From assembly GCA_030834985.1 (NCBI GenBank), contig JAUQWV010000003.1:656-64655 (forward strand): 64,000 nucleotides of DNA. Direction: 5' to 3'. The notes below the pieces were generated by a model. The model searched no databases and was not told where the DNA came from. It saw only the letters and a program-made list of their open reading frames with translations. Source of the DNA: Candidatus Dojkabacteria bacterium. Lineage in GTDB: Bacteria; Patescibacteriota; Dojkabacteria; J137. This document shows positions 25,782-35,031 of the stretch, one piece after another (positions within the stretch are counted from its first letter, which is position 1; every line of letters begins with the position of its first letter). The position numbers and the translations under genes were made by a program.

Positions 25782-26354
25782 TTATGCAGCTCCTTTAGTT
25801 GATTTTCTTCTAATCTTTTCTCCTTTATATCGAATACCCTTTCCTTTGTATGGTTCAGGTTTTCGGAATCCTCGGATCTTTGCTGCTACTTCTCCAACTA
25901 GTTGTTTATTTGCGCCGTCAACTGTAATGTTGACCTGATCAGTAACACCGATATTAATTCCAGTTGGCGGCGCATAATTAATTTTATGCGAATAACCAAC
26001 AGATAATACCAAGTTTGAGCCTTGCATTTCTGCTCTATAACCGATTCCAACAATCTCAAGTTCTTTTTTATAACCAGTCACAACTCCTTCTACCATGTTA
26101 TTAATCAATGTTCTGTATAGACCATGATAACTTCTATCTTGTTTAGATTCGCTACTTCTAGTAACAATAATCTGATTGTCTTTAACTTCTACATCTATTC
26201 CTCGTTGAATTGACTGTTCTAGTTCTCCTTTTGGGCCTTTAACTATAACTTTTTTATATCCAAAAGATCCGCCCTCTATAACATTTGCTTCAACTCCTGC
26301 TGGTAATTGTATTTCTTTCTTTCCAATTCTAGACATTATTAATAAACGTAACAA
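25782..26354 (-). CDS. rplF: 50S ribosomal protein L6
   Basis: SRIGKKEIQLPAGVE start, two-domain L6 pattern. Confidence 0.9.
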   Translation of the reverse strand: MLRLLIMSRIGKKEIQLPAGVEANVIEGGSFGYKKVIVKGPKGELEQSIQRGIDVEVKDNQIIVTRSSESKQDRSYHGLYRTLINNMVEGVVTGYKKELEIVGIGYRAEMQGSNLVLSVGYSHKINYAPPTGINIGVTDQVNITVDGANKQLVGEVAAKIRGFRKPEPYKGKGIRYKGEKIRRKSTKGAA

Positions 26355-26731
26355 ATGTATTCTCCACCAATTTTGCTTTTAACTGCTTCTTTACCAGAAA
26401 CAATTCCCATTGGTGTTGAGAAAATTGATAATCCTAATCCTCTTCTAACTGGTTTAATTTCTCTGTAACCTCTGTATTTTCGAACTCCAGGTTTAGAAAC
26501 TCTTACCATTTGAGAAATAGCAGGAACACCATTTACATATTTTAAATCAACCACTAACTCACTTTGTGGCTTAGCTTCTTCAACTCTATAATCTGCTATA
26601 AAGCCTTCAGCTTTTAAAATTGATGCAATTGCAACAATCATCTTTGTAGCAGGCATAGAAACAGAATCCTTCTTTCTGGCTTGTGCATTCCTTATTCTTG
26701 TTAAAAAGTCTGCTATTGGATCACTTATCAT
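26339..26731 (-). CDS. rpsH: 30S ribosomal protein S8
   Basis: MISDPIADFLTRIRNA start. Confidence 0.9.
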   Translation of the reverse strand: MISDPIADFLTRIRNAQARKKDSVSMPATKMIVAIASILKAEGFIADYRVEEAKPQSELVVDLKYVNGVPAISQMVRVSKPGVRKYRGYREIKPVRRGLGLSIFSTPMGIVSGKEAVKSKIGGEYICYVY

Positions 26732-26760
26732 ATTTTCCGTTTAATTCTGTAAATAAAATA

Positions 26761-26973
26761 TTACCAAGACATCTTTCTTACTCCAGGTAGTTCTCCGTTT
26801 AGAGCTGCTTTTCTAAAGCAGATTCTGCACATTTTGAATCTACCGATATATCCTCTTGATCTTCCACAAACTTGACATCTGTTTTTTAACTTAACAGACT
26901 TAAATTTTGTGCTTCCGCCTTTTACTCTGATCTGTTGTTTTTTATTTTTAGCAATTGCTGCTTTATTTGCCAT
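26761..26973 (-). CDS. rpsZ: 30S ribosomal protein S14, zinc-binding type Z
   Basis: [23 protein letters not shown] contains the CxxC...CxxC zinc ribbon. Position is between rplE and rpsH. Confidence 0.9.
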   Translation of the reverse strand: MANKAAIAKNKKQQIRVKGGSTKFKSVKLKNRCQVCGRSRGYIGRFKMCRICFRKAALNGELPGVRKMSW

Positions 26974-27028
26974 ATCTTAGTAATTTTTTCTAATTAATTT
27001 TTGTTTAAATCGCCAACAATTATAGCTT

Positions 27029-27595
27029 TTAAGCGTTTGCCTGTCTACCTTTTTGCCTTTCAAATGGCATTCCAAGCTGCTCTAAAAGCGATAATCCTTG
27101 TTCATCATTTTCTGCAGATGTTTCTATTACAATCTGCAAAGATCTGATCTTTACTAATGTTGATGTATCAATTTCTGGGAAAATAGTATGATCTTTTATT
27201 CCCAAAGTGTAGTTTCCTCTTCTATCAAACGCTTTTCTAGAAACACCTCTAAAGTCTTTAATTCTAGGTAGCGTTACTCCTATTAACTTGTATAAGAAAT
27301 CCCACATCCTGTCACCTCTTAAAGTAACTTTAAGACCATTTGGAGTTCCTACTCTTAATTTAAAGTTAGAGATTGCAATCTTAGAGTTAATTACAATAGG
27401 TTTTTGACCTGTAATTGCCGCTAACGTTTCAGACATTTCTGCAACAACATTTGAATTATTCTGATACTCTTTACCAATACCTGCATTTACAATTATCTTT
27501 TTAATTGTAGGTACAGCCATATCATTTTTAATAGCAAACTGCTCTTTCAATTTTGGCTTTACTTCTTTTTGATATTTAGTTTGTAACTCTGTCAT
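27029..27595 (-). CDS. rplE: 50S ribosomal protein L5
   Basis: Conserved L5 sequence and operon position. Confidence 0.9.
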   Translation of the reverse strand: MTELQTKYQKEVKPKLKEQFAIKNDMAVPTIKKIIVNAGIGKEYQNNSNVVAEMSETLAAITGQKPIVINSKIAISNFKLRVGTPNGLKVTLRGDRMWDFLYKLIGVTLPRIKDFRGVSRKAFDRRGNYTLGIKDHTIFPEIDTSTLVKIRSLQIVIETSAENDEQGLSLLEQLGMPFERQKGRQANA

Positions 27596-27614
27596 ATATT
27601 CAAAATTTTTCTAT

Positions 27615-27932
27615 TTATTTAAGTAATTCACCACTTTTTTTAGCAAATCTAACCTTTTTACCGGTTTTTTCATCAACTTTAAATCCAACTCTTGTTGGCT
27701 TATCAGTTTTTGGATCAATCAACATTACGTTTGAAACATCGATTGCTTTTTCAACTTCAACTAGACCGCCTTTAATGCCTAACTGAGGATTTGGTTTTCG
27801 AGCTCTTTTTACAACATTAATTCCTCTAACTACGATTTTTGCATCATCAACAAGTGCTAAGACTTCACCTCTTTTTCCAGAGTCTTTGCCTCTCATAATT
27901 TGTACTGTATCACCTTTTCTTATCTTGCTCAT
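27615..27932 (-). CDS. rplX: 50S ribosomal protein L24
   Basis: KOW motif in [24 protein letters not shown]. Confidence 0.9.
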   Translation of the reverse strand: MSKIRKGDTVQIMRGKDSGKRGEVLALVDDAKIVVRGINVVKRARKPNPQLGIKGGLVEVEKAIDVSNVMLIDPKTDKPTRVGFKVDEKTGKKVRFAKKSGELLK

Positions 27933-28312
27933 AATACTTCTAGTGCTAACGAAACTAATTTATTAAATCCTTTTTCCTTTAATTCTCTTGCCACTGGACC
28001 AAAAATTCTGGTTCCTTTAGGCTCTTTTGTATCTTTTGTTACTAAAGCAGCTGCATTTTCATCAAACTTGATGTATGAGCCGTCTTTTCTTCTAACTTCT
28101 TTTTTTGTTCTAATAATTACTGCATGTACCACATCTCCTTTTTTGTAATTGCCATTTGGCAATACTCTTTTTACAGAAGCACTGACGATGTCACCTACAT
28201 AGCCGAATTTTTTAAACATTCCTCCTTTTGCATTACCCAATACTTGAATAACCATAATTTCTTTGGCTCCTGAGTTGTCTGCAACTTTTAGTCTAGTTTG
28301 TGTTTGAACCAT
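27929..28312 (-). CDS. rplN: 50S ribosomal protein L14
   Basis: [18 protein letters not shown] is the canonical L14 N-terminus. The internal Met at 28312 is preferred over the ORF-track start at 28345. Confidence 0.85.
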   Translation of the reverse strand: MVQTQTRLKVADNSGAKEIMVIQVLGNAKGGMFKKFGYVGDIVSASVKRVLPNGNYKKGDVVHAVIIRTKKEVRRKDGSYIKFDENAAALVTKDTKEPKGTRIFGPVARELKEKGFNKLVSLALEVL

Positions 28313-28322
28313 ATCCTTAAAC

Positions 28323-28580
28323 TTAAATTGATTTAATAACTCCAACTACTTCCCATTTCTTTAATTTAGAAACAGGCTTGCATTCACTGAATTTAACAAT
28401 GTCTCCTACCTTTACGCTGAATTTATCACTTACATGAACTACGTAACTAGTATGATGCTTTACGATTTTTTCGAATCGGGCATGTGGATATTTAGACTCT
28501 ACTCTTACTTTAGCAGTGTCTTTTCCACTTAGTTTAGAAATAATTCCTGTAATTGTTTTTCTTTTCTTAGTTTCAGCCAT
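28323..28580 (-). CDS. rpsQ: 30S ribosomal protein S17
   Basis: [23 protein letters not shown]-fold start. Confidence 0.9.
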   Translation of the reverse strand: MAETKKRKTITGIISKLSGKDTAKVRVESKYPHARFEKIVKHHTSYVVHVSDKFSVKVGDIVKFSECKPVSKLKKWEVVGVIKSI

Positions 28581-28585
28581 ATTAC

Positions 28586-28822
28586 TTATTTAACGCTTTT
28601 ATTAAGATTTAATTTGGTCATTTCTTGAGCAATCAATCTTTTCAATTTTTTAACCAAAGATGTATTCTGCTCTTTCCCAGTTTTTACATCTAAAGTAAGC
28701 TTTTCTAATTCTGCTTTTAATTCTTTTAGGTTTAAGTTTGCCCAAGAATTTACAGCTTCAGCTTTTTTAACAGCTTTTGCTGGAGCTTTTTCTGTTTTTG
28801 TTGTTTTAGCTTCTTTAGCCAT
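28586..28822 (-). CDS. rpmC: 50S ribosomal protein L29 (with an N-terminal Lys/Ala-rich extension)
   Basis: LNLKELKAELEKLTLD...LIAQEMTKLN coiled-coil pattern. Position is between rplP and rpsQ. Confidence 0.8.
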   Translation of the reverse strand: MAKEAKTTKTEKAPAKAVKKAEAVNSWANLNLKELKAELEKLTLDVKTGKEQNTSLVKKLKRLIAQEMTKLNLNKSVK

Positions 28823-28826
28823 AGTC

Positions 28827-29243
28827 TTAGTTTAATTGATCTTTAGAAACTATTCTGGTTTTTACAGATAATTTTGCAGTAGCAAGTTTTAAGGCTTCCT
28901 TTGCAACGTTTTCTGGTAAACCACCTATTTCAAATAAAATTCTTCCTGGTTTTACAACAGCAACATACATTGAAACTTCTCCTTTTCCTGAACCTCGAAC
29001 AACTTCATCACTTTTTTTAGTGTATGGCTTGTGTGGAAAGATTTTTATCCAAAGTTTTCCTTTTCTTGCTGTGTAATTTACAATAGTCTTTCTTGCTGCT
29101 TCAATCTCTCTTGCTTTAACCCAAGCTTTCTCAGTTGTTTGAATTCCAAAATCGCCATAAGCTAACTCAGAACCTCTATAAGAAAGTCCTCTCATTTTTC
29201 CTCTATGTTCTTTTTTGTGTTTTCTTTGCTTTGGTTGCAACAT
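28827..29243 (-). CDS. rplP: 50S ribosomal protein L16
   Basis: MLQPKQRKHKKEHRGKMRG start. Confidence 0.9.
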   Translation of the reverse strand: MLQPKQRKHKKEHRGKMRGLSYRGSELAYGDFGIQTTEKAWVKAREIEAARKTIVNYTARKGKLWIKIFPHKPYTKKSDEVVRGSGKGEVSMYVAVVKPGRILFEIGGLPENVAKEALKLATAKLSVKTRIVSKDQLN

Positions 29244-29255
29244 ATTTAAATCTTA

Positions 29256-29912
29256 TTAATCAATTGAATACGAGCTTTTCTCGCCCTTATTAATCCAAAC
29301 TTTAATTCCATGCTTTCCTGCTTGAGGAACATGAGCTTCTGTAAAAGCATAATCAATATCGCTTCTAATAGTGTGTCTTGGAACAACACCCCATCTTACT
29401 CTTTCTCGTCTTGCCATTTCAGCTCCTTTAATTCTTCCGCCTACCCAAACTTCAATTCCCTTAATTAAACCAGTATTTTTAGCAGCTTCTACTGCTTTAC
29501 TTGCTGCTACTTTAGGATTAACTCTTTTTTCGCATTGCAAAGCAATATTTTCTGCAACTAGTTTAGCTACAACATCAGGATTCTTAACTTCAAATATCTT
29601 AATGTCTACATTAGTTTTTAAAAGCTTAGTTAACTCGTCTTTTAATGAGTTAATGCCAGCACCACCTCGGCCAATAACTACACCAGGTCTAGCTACACTA
29701 ATTTCAATTAGAACTTTGTTAATCAACCTTTTAATAACTACTGAAGCAACACCAGCTGCTTTTAGCTTAGTTTCTATTAGTTTATTAACTTTTTTGTCAC
29801 TTAAAAATTTATCGGCATACTCCTCTTTAGTTGCATACCATCTTGAATTCCAATTTTTATTGACTCCGATTCTAAATCCTATTGGATTTACTTTGTGTGA
29901 ACCTCTTGCCAT
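29256..29912 (-). CDS. rpsC: 30S ribosomal protein S3
   Basis: KH domain and C-terminal S3 domain. Starts MARGSHKVNPIGFRIG. Confidence 0.9.
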   Translation of the reverse strand: MARGSHKVNPIGFRIGVNKNWNSRWYATKEEYADKFLSDKKVNKLIETKLKAAGVASVVIKRLINKVLIEISVARPGVVIGRGGAGINSLKDELTKLLKTNVDIKIFEVKNPDVVAKLVAENIALQCEKRVNPKVAASKAVEAAKNTGLIKGIEVWVGGRIKGAEMARRERVRWGVVPRHTIRSDIDYAFTEAHVPQAGKHGIKVWINKGEKSSYSID

Positions 29913-29963
29913 ATTTTTCTATCTAAATGTTTTTAAAGTTAAAAAAAGCTTTATATTATAACA

Positions 29964-30434
29964 TTATTCTGCTTTTTCGGCAGTTGCTGCTTTAGTTGTT
30001 TCAGCTGCTTTTTTTGCAGGAGCTTTTTTAGCTACTGGCTCGCTAGCTTCAACTTTATTAGCTTTAGCAACCTTCTGAACCGGCTTTTCAGCTTTAGTTC
30101 CTAATGAGTCTTTAACTATTACTGTTATATGGCTCATTGGTCTATTGTAAAAAGCGACACTACCTTTAGCCTTATATTCAACCCTTCTTAAAGAAGGTCC
30201 TTTATCTACTAAAACCTCTGAAACAACCAAATCTGACTGCTTCATTCCTAAATTATGAACAGCATTTGCAATAGCAGATTCTAAAACCTTTTTTACTGGA
30301 TGTGCGGCTCCTTTTGGCATGTATTTTAATACATATACAGCTTCAACAGCACTCATTCCCTTAATAATTTGTGCAGGAATTCTTGCCTTTCTTGTTGATA
30401 CTCTAATAAATTTTCCTACTGCTTTTGCTTCCAT
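29964..30434 (-). CDS. rplV: 50S ribosomal protein L22 (with an Ala/Lys-rich C-terminal extension)
   Basis: MEAKAVGKFIRVSTRKARIPAQIIKGMS start. Confidence 0.9.
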   Translation of the reverse strand: MEAKAVGKFIRVSTRKARIPAQIIKGMSAVEAVYVLKYMPKGAAHPVKKVLESAIANAVHNLGMKQSDLVVSEVLVDKGPSLRRVEYKAKGSVAFYNRPMSHITVIVKDSLGTKAEKPVQKVAKANKVEASEPVAKKAPAKKAAETTKAATAEKAE

Positions 30435-30456
30435 ATCTATTAACTTAATTTAAATT

Positions 30457-30762
30457 TTATTCGCCACTTTTACCAGTTGATCCCGTTGCTTTTGCAATCT
30501 TACCTTTCTTACTGTGTCCTGCGAATTTTCGCGTAGGCGAAAATTCGCCCAGCTTATGTCCAACCATACTTTCTGTAACAAATACTTTATTAAAGTATTT
30601 ACCGTTATGCACATCAAATGTAAGTCCTACCATATCTGGAGAGATAGTGCTTCTTCTAGCCCAAGTCTTAATAGACTTTCTATCACCAGTCTGTTTAGCC
30701 TTTAACACTTTTTGTGATAATTTTGGATCAATAAATGGTCCTTTTTTGCTACTTCGTGACAT
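30457..30762 (-). CDS. rpsS: 30S ribosomal protein S19
   Basis: [15 protein letters not shown] ... [23 protein letters not shown]. Confidence 0.9.
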   Translation of the reverse strand: MSRSSKKGPFIDPKLSQKVLKAKQTGDRKSIKTWARRSTISPDMVGLTFDVHNGKYFNKVFVTESMVGHKLGEFSPTRKFAGHSKKGKIAKATGSTGKSGE

Positions 30763-30767
30763 ATATA

Positions 30768-31631
30768 TTAAATAACTGTCTTATATGATTTAAACTTATT
30801 CTTTTCTGGTCTTCGTTTAATAATAAACTTATTATTTGTATTTCTAAGTTTTCTTGTTCTTTTTCCAACAGGATTACCCCATCTGTCTTTCTTAGGTCCT
30901 CCGGTTCCGTGTCTACCACCTTTACCTTGTCCGCCTCCGTGAGGGTGCTTTGTTGACATGGCTACACCTCGAACTGATGGCCTAATGCCTTTTCTTCTTC
31001 TTCTTCCTGCTTTTCCAAATTTAACATTTTTATTATCAGTATTACTTACTGTACCAACTGTTGCATAGCAAGTTTCTTTTACTAATCTAAACTCCCCACT
31101 TGGCATTTTTAACTGTACATATCCTTTATCACCGCCCATCACCTGAATTGCAGTTCCAGCACTTCTTGCAATCATCGCCCCTTTAGTAGGGAACATTTCA
31201 ACTGCATGAACCATTGTACCTTGAGGAATATCTTTTAACATTAAAGCATTTCCAACTTTTATAGGTGAATTTGGACCGCTAACTACTTTATGGCCAACCT
31301 TTAATCCATCTGGGGCCAAAATATATCTTCTTTCACCGTCTAAATATTTAACCAAAGCAATAAATGCTGTTCTGTTTGGATCATATTCAATTGTTTCAAC
31401 AACACCTTCAACACCATATTTTTCTCTTTTAAAGTCTATTTTTCGGTAAAGCTTTTTCTCGCCACCACCTTGGTGTCGCATAGTGATTTTACCTTGGTTA
31501 TTTCGGCCTGCATTAGCTTTTAACTTTTCTGTTAAAGCTAAATAAGGTCTTCCCTTGCTTAACTCAGATCTATCGATCAAGACAGCATGTCTAACTCCTG
31601 GTGATGTTGCTTTAAACTTTTTTAATGCCAT
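30768..31631 (-). CDS. rplB: 50S ribosomal protein L2
   Basis: Conserved L2 blocks ([22 protein letters not shown] ... [10 protein letters not shown]). Confidence 0.9.
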   Translation of the reverse strand: MALKKFKATSPGVRHAVLIDRSELSKGRPYLALTEKLKANAGRNNQGKITMRHQGGGEKKLYRKIDFKREKYGVEGVVETIEYDPNRTAFIALVKYLDGERRYILAPDGLKVGHKVVSGPNSPIKVGNALMLKDIPQGTMVHAVEMFPTKGAMIARSAGTAIQVMGGDKGYVQLKMPSGEFRLVKETCYATVGTVSNTDNKNVKFGKAGRRRRKGIRPSVRGVAMSTKHPHGGGQGKGGRHGTGGPKKDRWGNPVGKRTRKLRNTNNKFIIKRRPEKNKFKSYKTVI

Positions 31632-31641
31632 ATTCTTTTAA

Positions 31642-31932
31642 TTAATCGTTTTTGATTTCAAATAAATCTATTTTGCTAGCATCATCTAATTTAAAAATCA
31701 TAATCTTTTTATCTGATTGTCTGCTAGCTCTTCTTGTTAATCTGTTGTACTTGGTTTTACCTAATCTGCTAGAAACTTTTGCCTCTAACACCTTCACTCC
31801 AAAAATTCTTTCTAAAGATTTTGAAGCAGAGATTTTATCTGCATTTAAAGCTACTTCAAATGTAACCTTATGTTCATCAGCATATTTGCTCAAAGACTTT
31901 TCTGTTATTACAGGTTTCTTAATTATTCTCAT
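31642..31932 (-). CDS. rplW: 50S ribosomal protein L23
   Basis: Size and position. KVTFEVALNADKISASKSLERIFGVKV. Confidence 0.85.
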   Translation of the reverse strand: MRIIKKPVITEKSLSKYADEHKVTFEVALNADKISASKSLERIFGVKVLEAKVSSRLGKTKYNRLTRRASRQSDKKIMIFKLDDASKIDLFEIKND

Positions 31933-31933
31933 A

Positions 31934-32557
31934 TTATGCCCAAGTGTTATTTATATATTCTAAAGATTCTTTATCTAATAAAACCTTTCCACCATTAATT
32001 AAGTCGTAAACATTTACTTCTGAAACCATTACTATATTAGATTTTGGTAAATTAGCAAAAGATTTTACTAAATTATCATTCTTTTTGGCAGTAACGATTG
32101 TAAGTTTTTTTGGATTTTCAAAATTAGCTTTAATTTCTACAGCTTCTTTAGTAGAAGGTTCCTTAATTTCAAAACCATCTATAATATTTAGTAATCCAGC
32201 TTTATTTAATTTACTAAAAGCATTCCTAAATGCTGCTGCTTTAAAACTTTTTGTTAATTTTCTTTTCCAGTTGGTCTGATTTGTTGGTCCAAAAGTAACT
32301 CCACCACCTTTCCAGATTGGAGATCTAATAGAACCTACTCTTGCTCGACCAGTACCTTTTTGCTTCCATGGTTTTTTACCACCTCCTCGAACCTCACTTC
32401 TATCCTTTGTATGTGCGTTTGATTCTCTTTGGTTAGATAAATAAACATACACGTATTGAGCAAGTACTTTATCGTTTACAGGAGCATTAAATACCGAATC
32501 ATTAACTTCAATCTCTTCAATCTTTTTTGCTTTTTGGTTAAATACTGGTAAGTTCAT
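31934..32557 (-). CDS. rplD: 50S ribosomal protein L4
   Basis: RGGGKKPWKQKGTGRARVGSIRSPIWKGGGVTFGP. Confidence 0.9.
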   Translation of the reverse strand: MNLPVFNQKAKKIEEIEVNDSVFNAPVNDKVLAQYVYVYLSNQRESNAHTKDRSEVRGGGKKPWKQKGTGRARVGSIRSPIWKGGGVTFGPTNQTNWKRKLTKSFKAAAFRNAFSKLNKAGLLNIIDGFEIKEPSTKEAVEIKANFENPKKLTIVTAKKNDNLVKSFANLPKSNIVMVSEVNVYDLINGGKVLLDKESLEYINNTWA

Positions 32558-32564
32558 ATTTTAA

Positions 32565-33179
32565 TTATTTTTGCTTTTTAATAATTACATAACCTTTGTT
32601 AGGACCTGGAATTGCGCCTTCTACAGCGATCAAGTTCTCTTCAGCCATAACTTTTACAATTTTTAATCCACTAATTGTCTTTGTTCTTGTTCCCATGTGT
32701 CCACCCATCTTTTTTCCTTTAAATACTCTTCCTGGGATTGTTCTTGTACCTAATGATCCTGGAGCTCTTTCTCTGTCAGAAGCACCATGAGTTCTTGGTC
32801 CGCCTGCAAATCCCCATCTTTTAACTACACCTTGAAAGCCTTTTCCTTTGGTTGGTGCAGTTACTTGAACTTTATCGCCAACACTAAAGATATCAGCTTT
32901 AACTTCTGTACCAACTTCTGGCGCAGCTTCGTTCTCAATTAATTTAAATACTTTTTTAAATCTTGGAACAAAATTCAAAATCTTATAATTACCATTATCA
33001 GCTTTATTTGTAATTTTTCTTTTATCCTTGCCAAGTTCAATATGTGTAGCTTTGTCAGCAGTATTTAAAACTTTAGCAACTACGTTATTTGATACATCTA
33101 CAACAGTTACTGGAATTGCATTTCCATTCTCTGTATAAACTTGTGTCATTCCGATTTTTTTTCCTAGTATAGCGTTCAT
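32565..33179 (-). CDS. rplC: 50S ribosomal protein L3
   Basis: ILGKKIGMTQVYTENGNAIPVTVV ... KGKGFQGVVKRWGF. Confidence 0.9.
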   Translation of the reverse strand: MNAILGKKIGMTQVYTENGNAIPVTVVDVSNNVVAKVLNTADKATHIELGKDKRKITNKADNGNYKILNFVPRFKKVFKLIENEAAPEVGTEVKADIFSVGDKVQVTAPTKGKGFQGVVKRWGFAGGPRTHGASDRERAPGSLGTRTIPGRVFKGKKMGGHMGTRTKTISGLKIVKVMAEENLIAVEGAIPGPNKGYVIIKKQK

Positions 33180-33228
33180 AAGTTAATAAATTTACTTAAA
33201 CCGATGAATATCTTTATCTGAATTATCT

Positions 33229-33528
33229 TTACGAAATCTTTAAATCAACTCCGGCAGGCAATTGCATATGAGTCAACGACTCAATTGTTTTAGCATTTGG
33301 TTCTAAAATATCCACCAATCTTGCATGCTCAGTAAGACCAAAATGTTCCTTTGACTTTGCATCGATGTGCGGACCTTTATGTACCGCAACCTTCCATGTT
33401 TTATTTGGCAATGGAACAGGGCCTCGAATCTTTGCACCGGTATCTATTACAGTTCTGCAGATTTGCCCAGTAGCTTTATCTACAACTCTGTAATCGAATC
33501 CTTTTATTCTTACTCTGATTTTCTGCAT
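33229..33528 (-). CDS. rpsJ: 30S ribosomal protein S10
   Basis: QKIRVRIKGFDYRVVDKATGQI ... HFGLTEHARLVDI. Confidence 0.9.
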   Translation of the reverse strand: MQKIRVRIKGFDYRVVDKATGQICRTVIDTGAKIRGPVPLPNKTWKVAVHKGPHIDAKSKEHFGLTEHARLVDILEPNAKTIESLTHMQLPAGVDLKIS

Positions 33529-33573
33529 ATTCTCAATTTAAATTTTCAAATTAGCTTTAAATAATCAAATTAA

Positions 33574-33599
33574 ATCCCCCAAATTTATGTTTGGGGGAT
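33574..33599 (-). terminator. 10-bp hairpin (atcccccaaa tttatg tttgggggat) between tuf and rpsJ. It could be the tuf terminator or an S10 leader element.
   Basis: Perfect inverted repeat with flanking T-rich tracts on both strands. Confidence 0.5.
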
Positions 33600-33609
33600 T
33601 TTTATCTTA

Positions 33610-34818
33610 TTACTTAATAATTTCTGTAACGATACCAGCTCCAACTGTCTTACCGCCTTCTCTAATAGCAAAAGTCATCTTATCTTCTACTGCTACTGGA
33701 GTAACAAGTTTAACATTTACAGTTACATTATCTCCTGGCATTACAATTGCGTTTGCATCATCTAGTAACACTTCACCTGTAACATCAGCAGTTTTAATGT
33801 AGAACTGTGGTTTATAACCTGATTTGAATGCTGTATGTCGTCCACCTTCATCCTTAGATAGAATGTACAATTCTGCCTTGAATTCAGTGTGTGGTTTAAT
33901 AGAGCCTTTAGCTGCCAAAACCTGACCTCTTTCGATCTCTTCTCTTTTAATACCTCTAATCAATAAACCTACATTATCGCCAGCTTGGCCTTCCTGTAAG
34001 CTTTTCTTGAACATTTCAACACCAGTGATTGTAAGCTCTTTAACCGATTTCTCTTCTTCTCCACCCATGAAACCGATTTGCTCTACAACTTCCCCAACCT
34101 TAACTTTTCCTCTTTCAATTCTACCTGTTGCTACTGTACCTCTTCCTTCAATTGAGAATACATCTTCAACTGGCATTAAGAATGGTTTGTCTAATTCTCT
34201 TTCTGGCAATGGAATTGTAGCATCCATAGCAGCTAACAATTCTTCCATTGTTTTATCACCATCTTTTTCACCTGTTGTACCGTATAAAGCACTACCAACT
34301 ACGAATGGAACTTTTTCTGCATCGTATTTATATTTCTTTAATAGATCTTTGATTTCTTCCTTGATTAATTCAAGTAAGTCAGCGTCCATATCATCTTCAA
34401 ATCTGTTGATGAATACAACGATATGCTGTACTCCAACTTGGTGAGCTAATAATAAGTGCTCTTTTGTTTGAGGCATAGGACCGTCTGCTGCAGAAACGAC
34501 TAAAATAGCACCATCCATTTGTGCAGCGCCAGTAATCATGTTCTTGATGTAGTCTTTGTGGCCTGGACAGTCAATGTGTGCGTAATGTCTTGTTTCAGAT
34601 TCATACTCTACGTGAGAAGATGCAACTGTAACAATCTTATTTGAACCTGCTCTTGCAATACCTCCCTTAGCAATGTCTGAGTAAGACTTGCCAGAGTTTT
34701 GCCAACCCTTTCTTTGAGAGTATGCAACCAAAGCAGCAGTTAATGTAGTCTTACCGTGGTCAATGTGACCAAGAGTTCCAACATTAACATGTGGCTTAGT
34801 TCTCTGAAAATCTGCCAT
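33610..34818 (-). CDS. tuf: Elongation factor Tu
   Basis: [21 protein letters not shown] and NKFEDD GTPase motifs. Confidence 0.95.
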   Translation of the reverse strand: MADFQRTKPHVNVGTLGHIDHGKTTLTAALVAYSQRKGWQNSGKSYSDIAKGGIARAGSNKIVTVASSHVEYESETRHYAHIDCPGHKDYIKNMITGAAQMDGAILVVSAADGPMPQTKEHLLLAHQVGVQHIVVFINRFEDDMDADLLELIKEEIKDLLKKYKYDAEKVPFVVGSALYGTTGEKDGDKTMEELLAAMDATIPLPERELDKPFLMPVEDVFSIEGRGTVATGRIERGKVKVGEVVEQIGFMGGEEEKSVKELTITGVEMFKKSLQEGQAGDNVGLLIRGIKREEIERGQVLAAKGSIKPHTEFKAELYILSKDEGGRHTAFKSGYKPQFYIKTADVTGEVLLDDANAIVMPGDNVTVNVKLVTPVAVEDKMTFAIREGGKTVGAGIVTEIIK

Positions 34819-35031
34819 ATATTTTTGTTAATAAATTAAAATAAGTTATTTTAGAACAATTTAAAGGCTAGATAAATCAGCCTTTATAAATTGGTTTTCG
34901 CTAAGTGGGTATTATATAAAATAAGTCTCAACTTAGCAATGCCTTATCTTTAAGCTTTGGAATTATACCATCTTAAAAGCATTTGTGCAGTATTTTAGGG
35001 GAAAATTTAAGGAAATTCGTCCTATATATTT

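Noticed and set aside
28313-28345. N-terminal 11-codon extension of rplN in the ORF track
   Set aside because: The canonical L14 N-terminus MVQTQTRL starts at the internal Met. The extension would overlap rpsQ.
29371-29961. 196-aa plus-strand ORF antisense to rpsC, and similar antisense ORFs in the r-protein cluster (24863-25243, 25072-25260, 27900-28148, 30514-30705, 31652-31963, 32085-32279, 32596-32790, 33367-33564, 33587-33802, 34007-34444)
   Set aside because: They are antisense to universally conserved ribosomal protein/EF-Tu genes and give low-complexity translations.
34819-35031. Possible hairpin aaaggct-agataaatc-agccttt downstream of the ABC transporter gene
   Set aside because: Weak 7-bp A/T-rich stem without a convincing U-tract. 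It is not distinguishable from background in AT-rich DNA.
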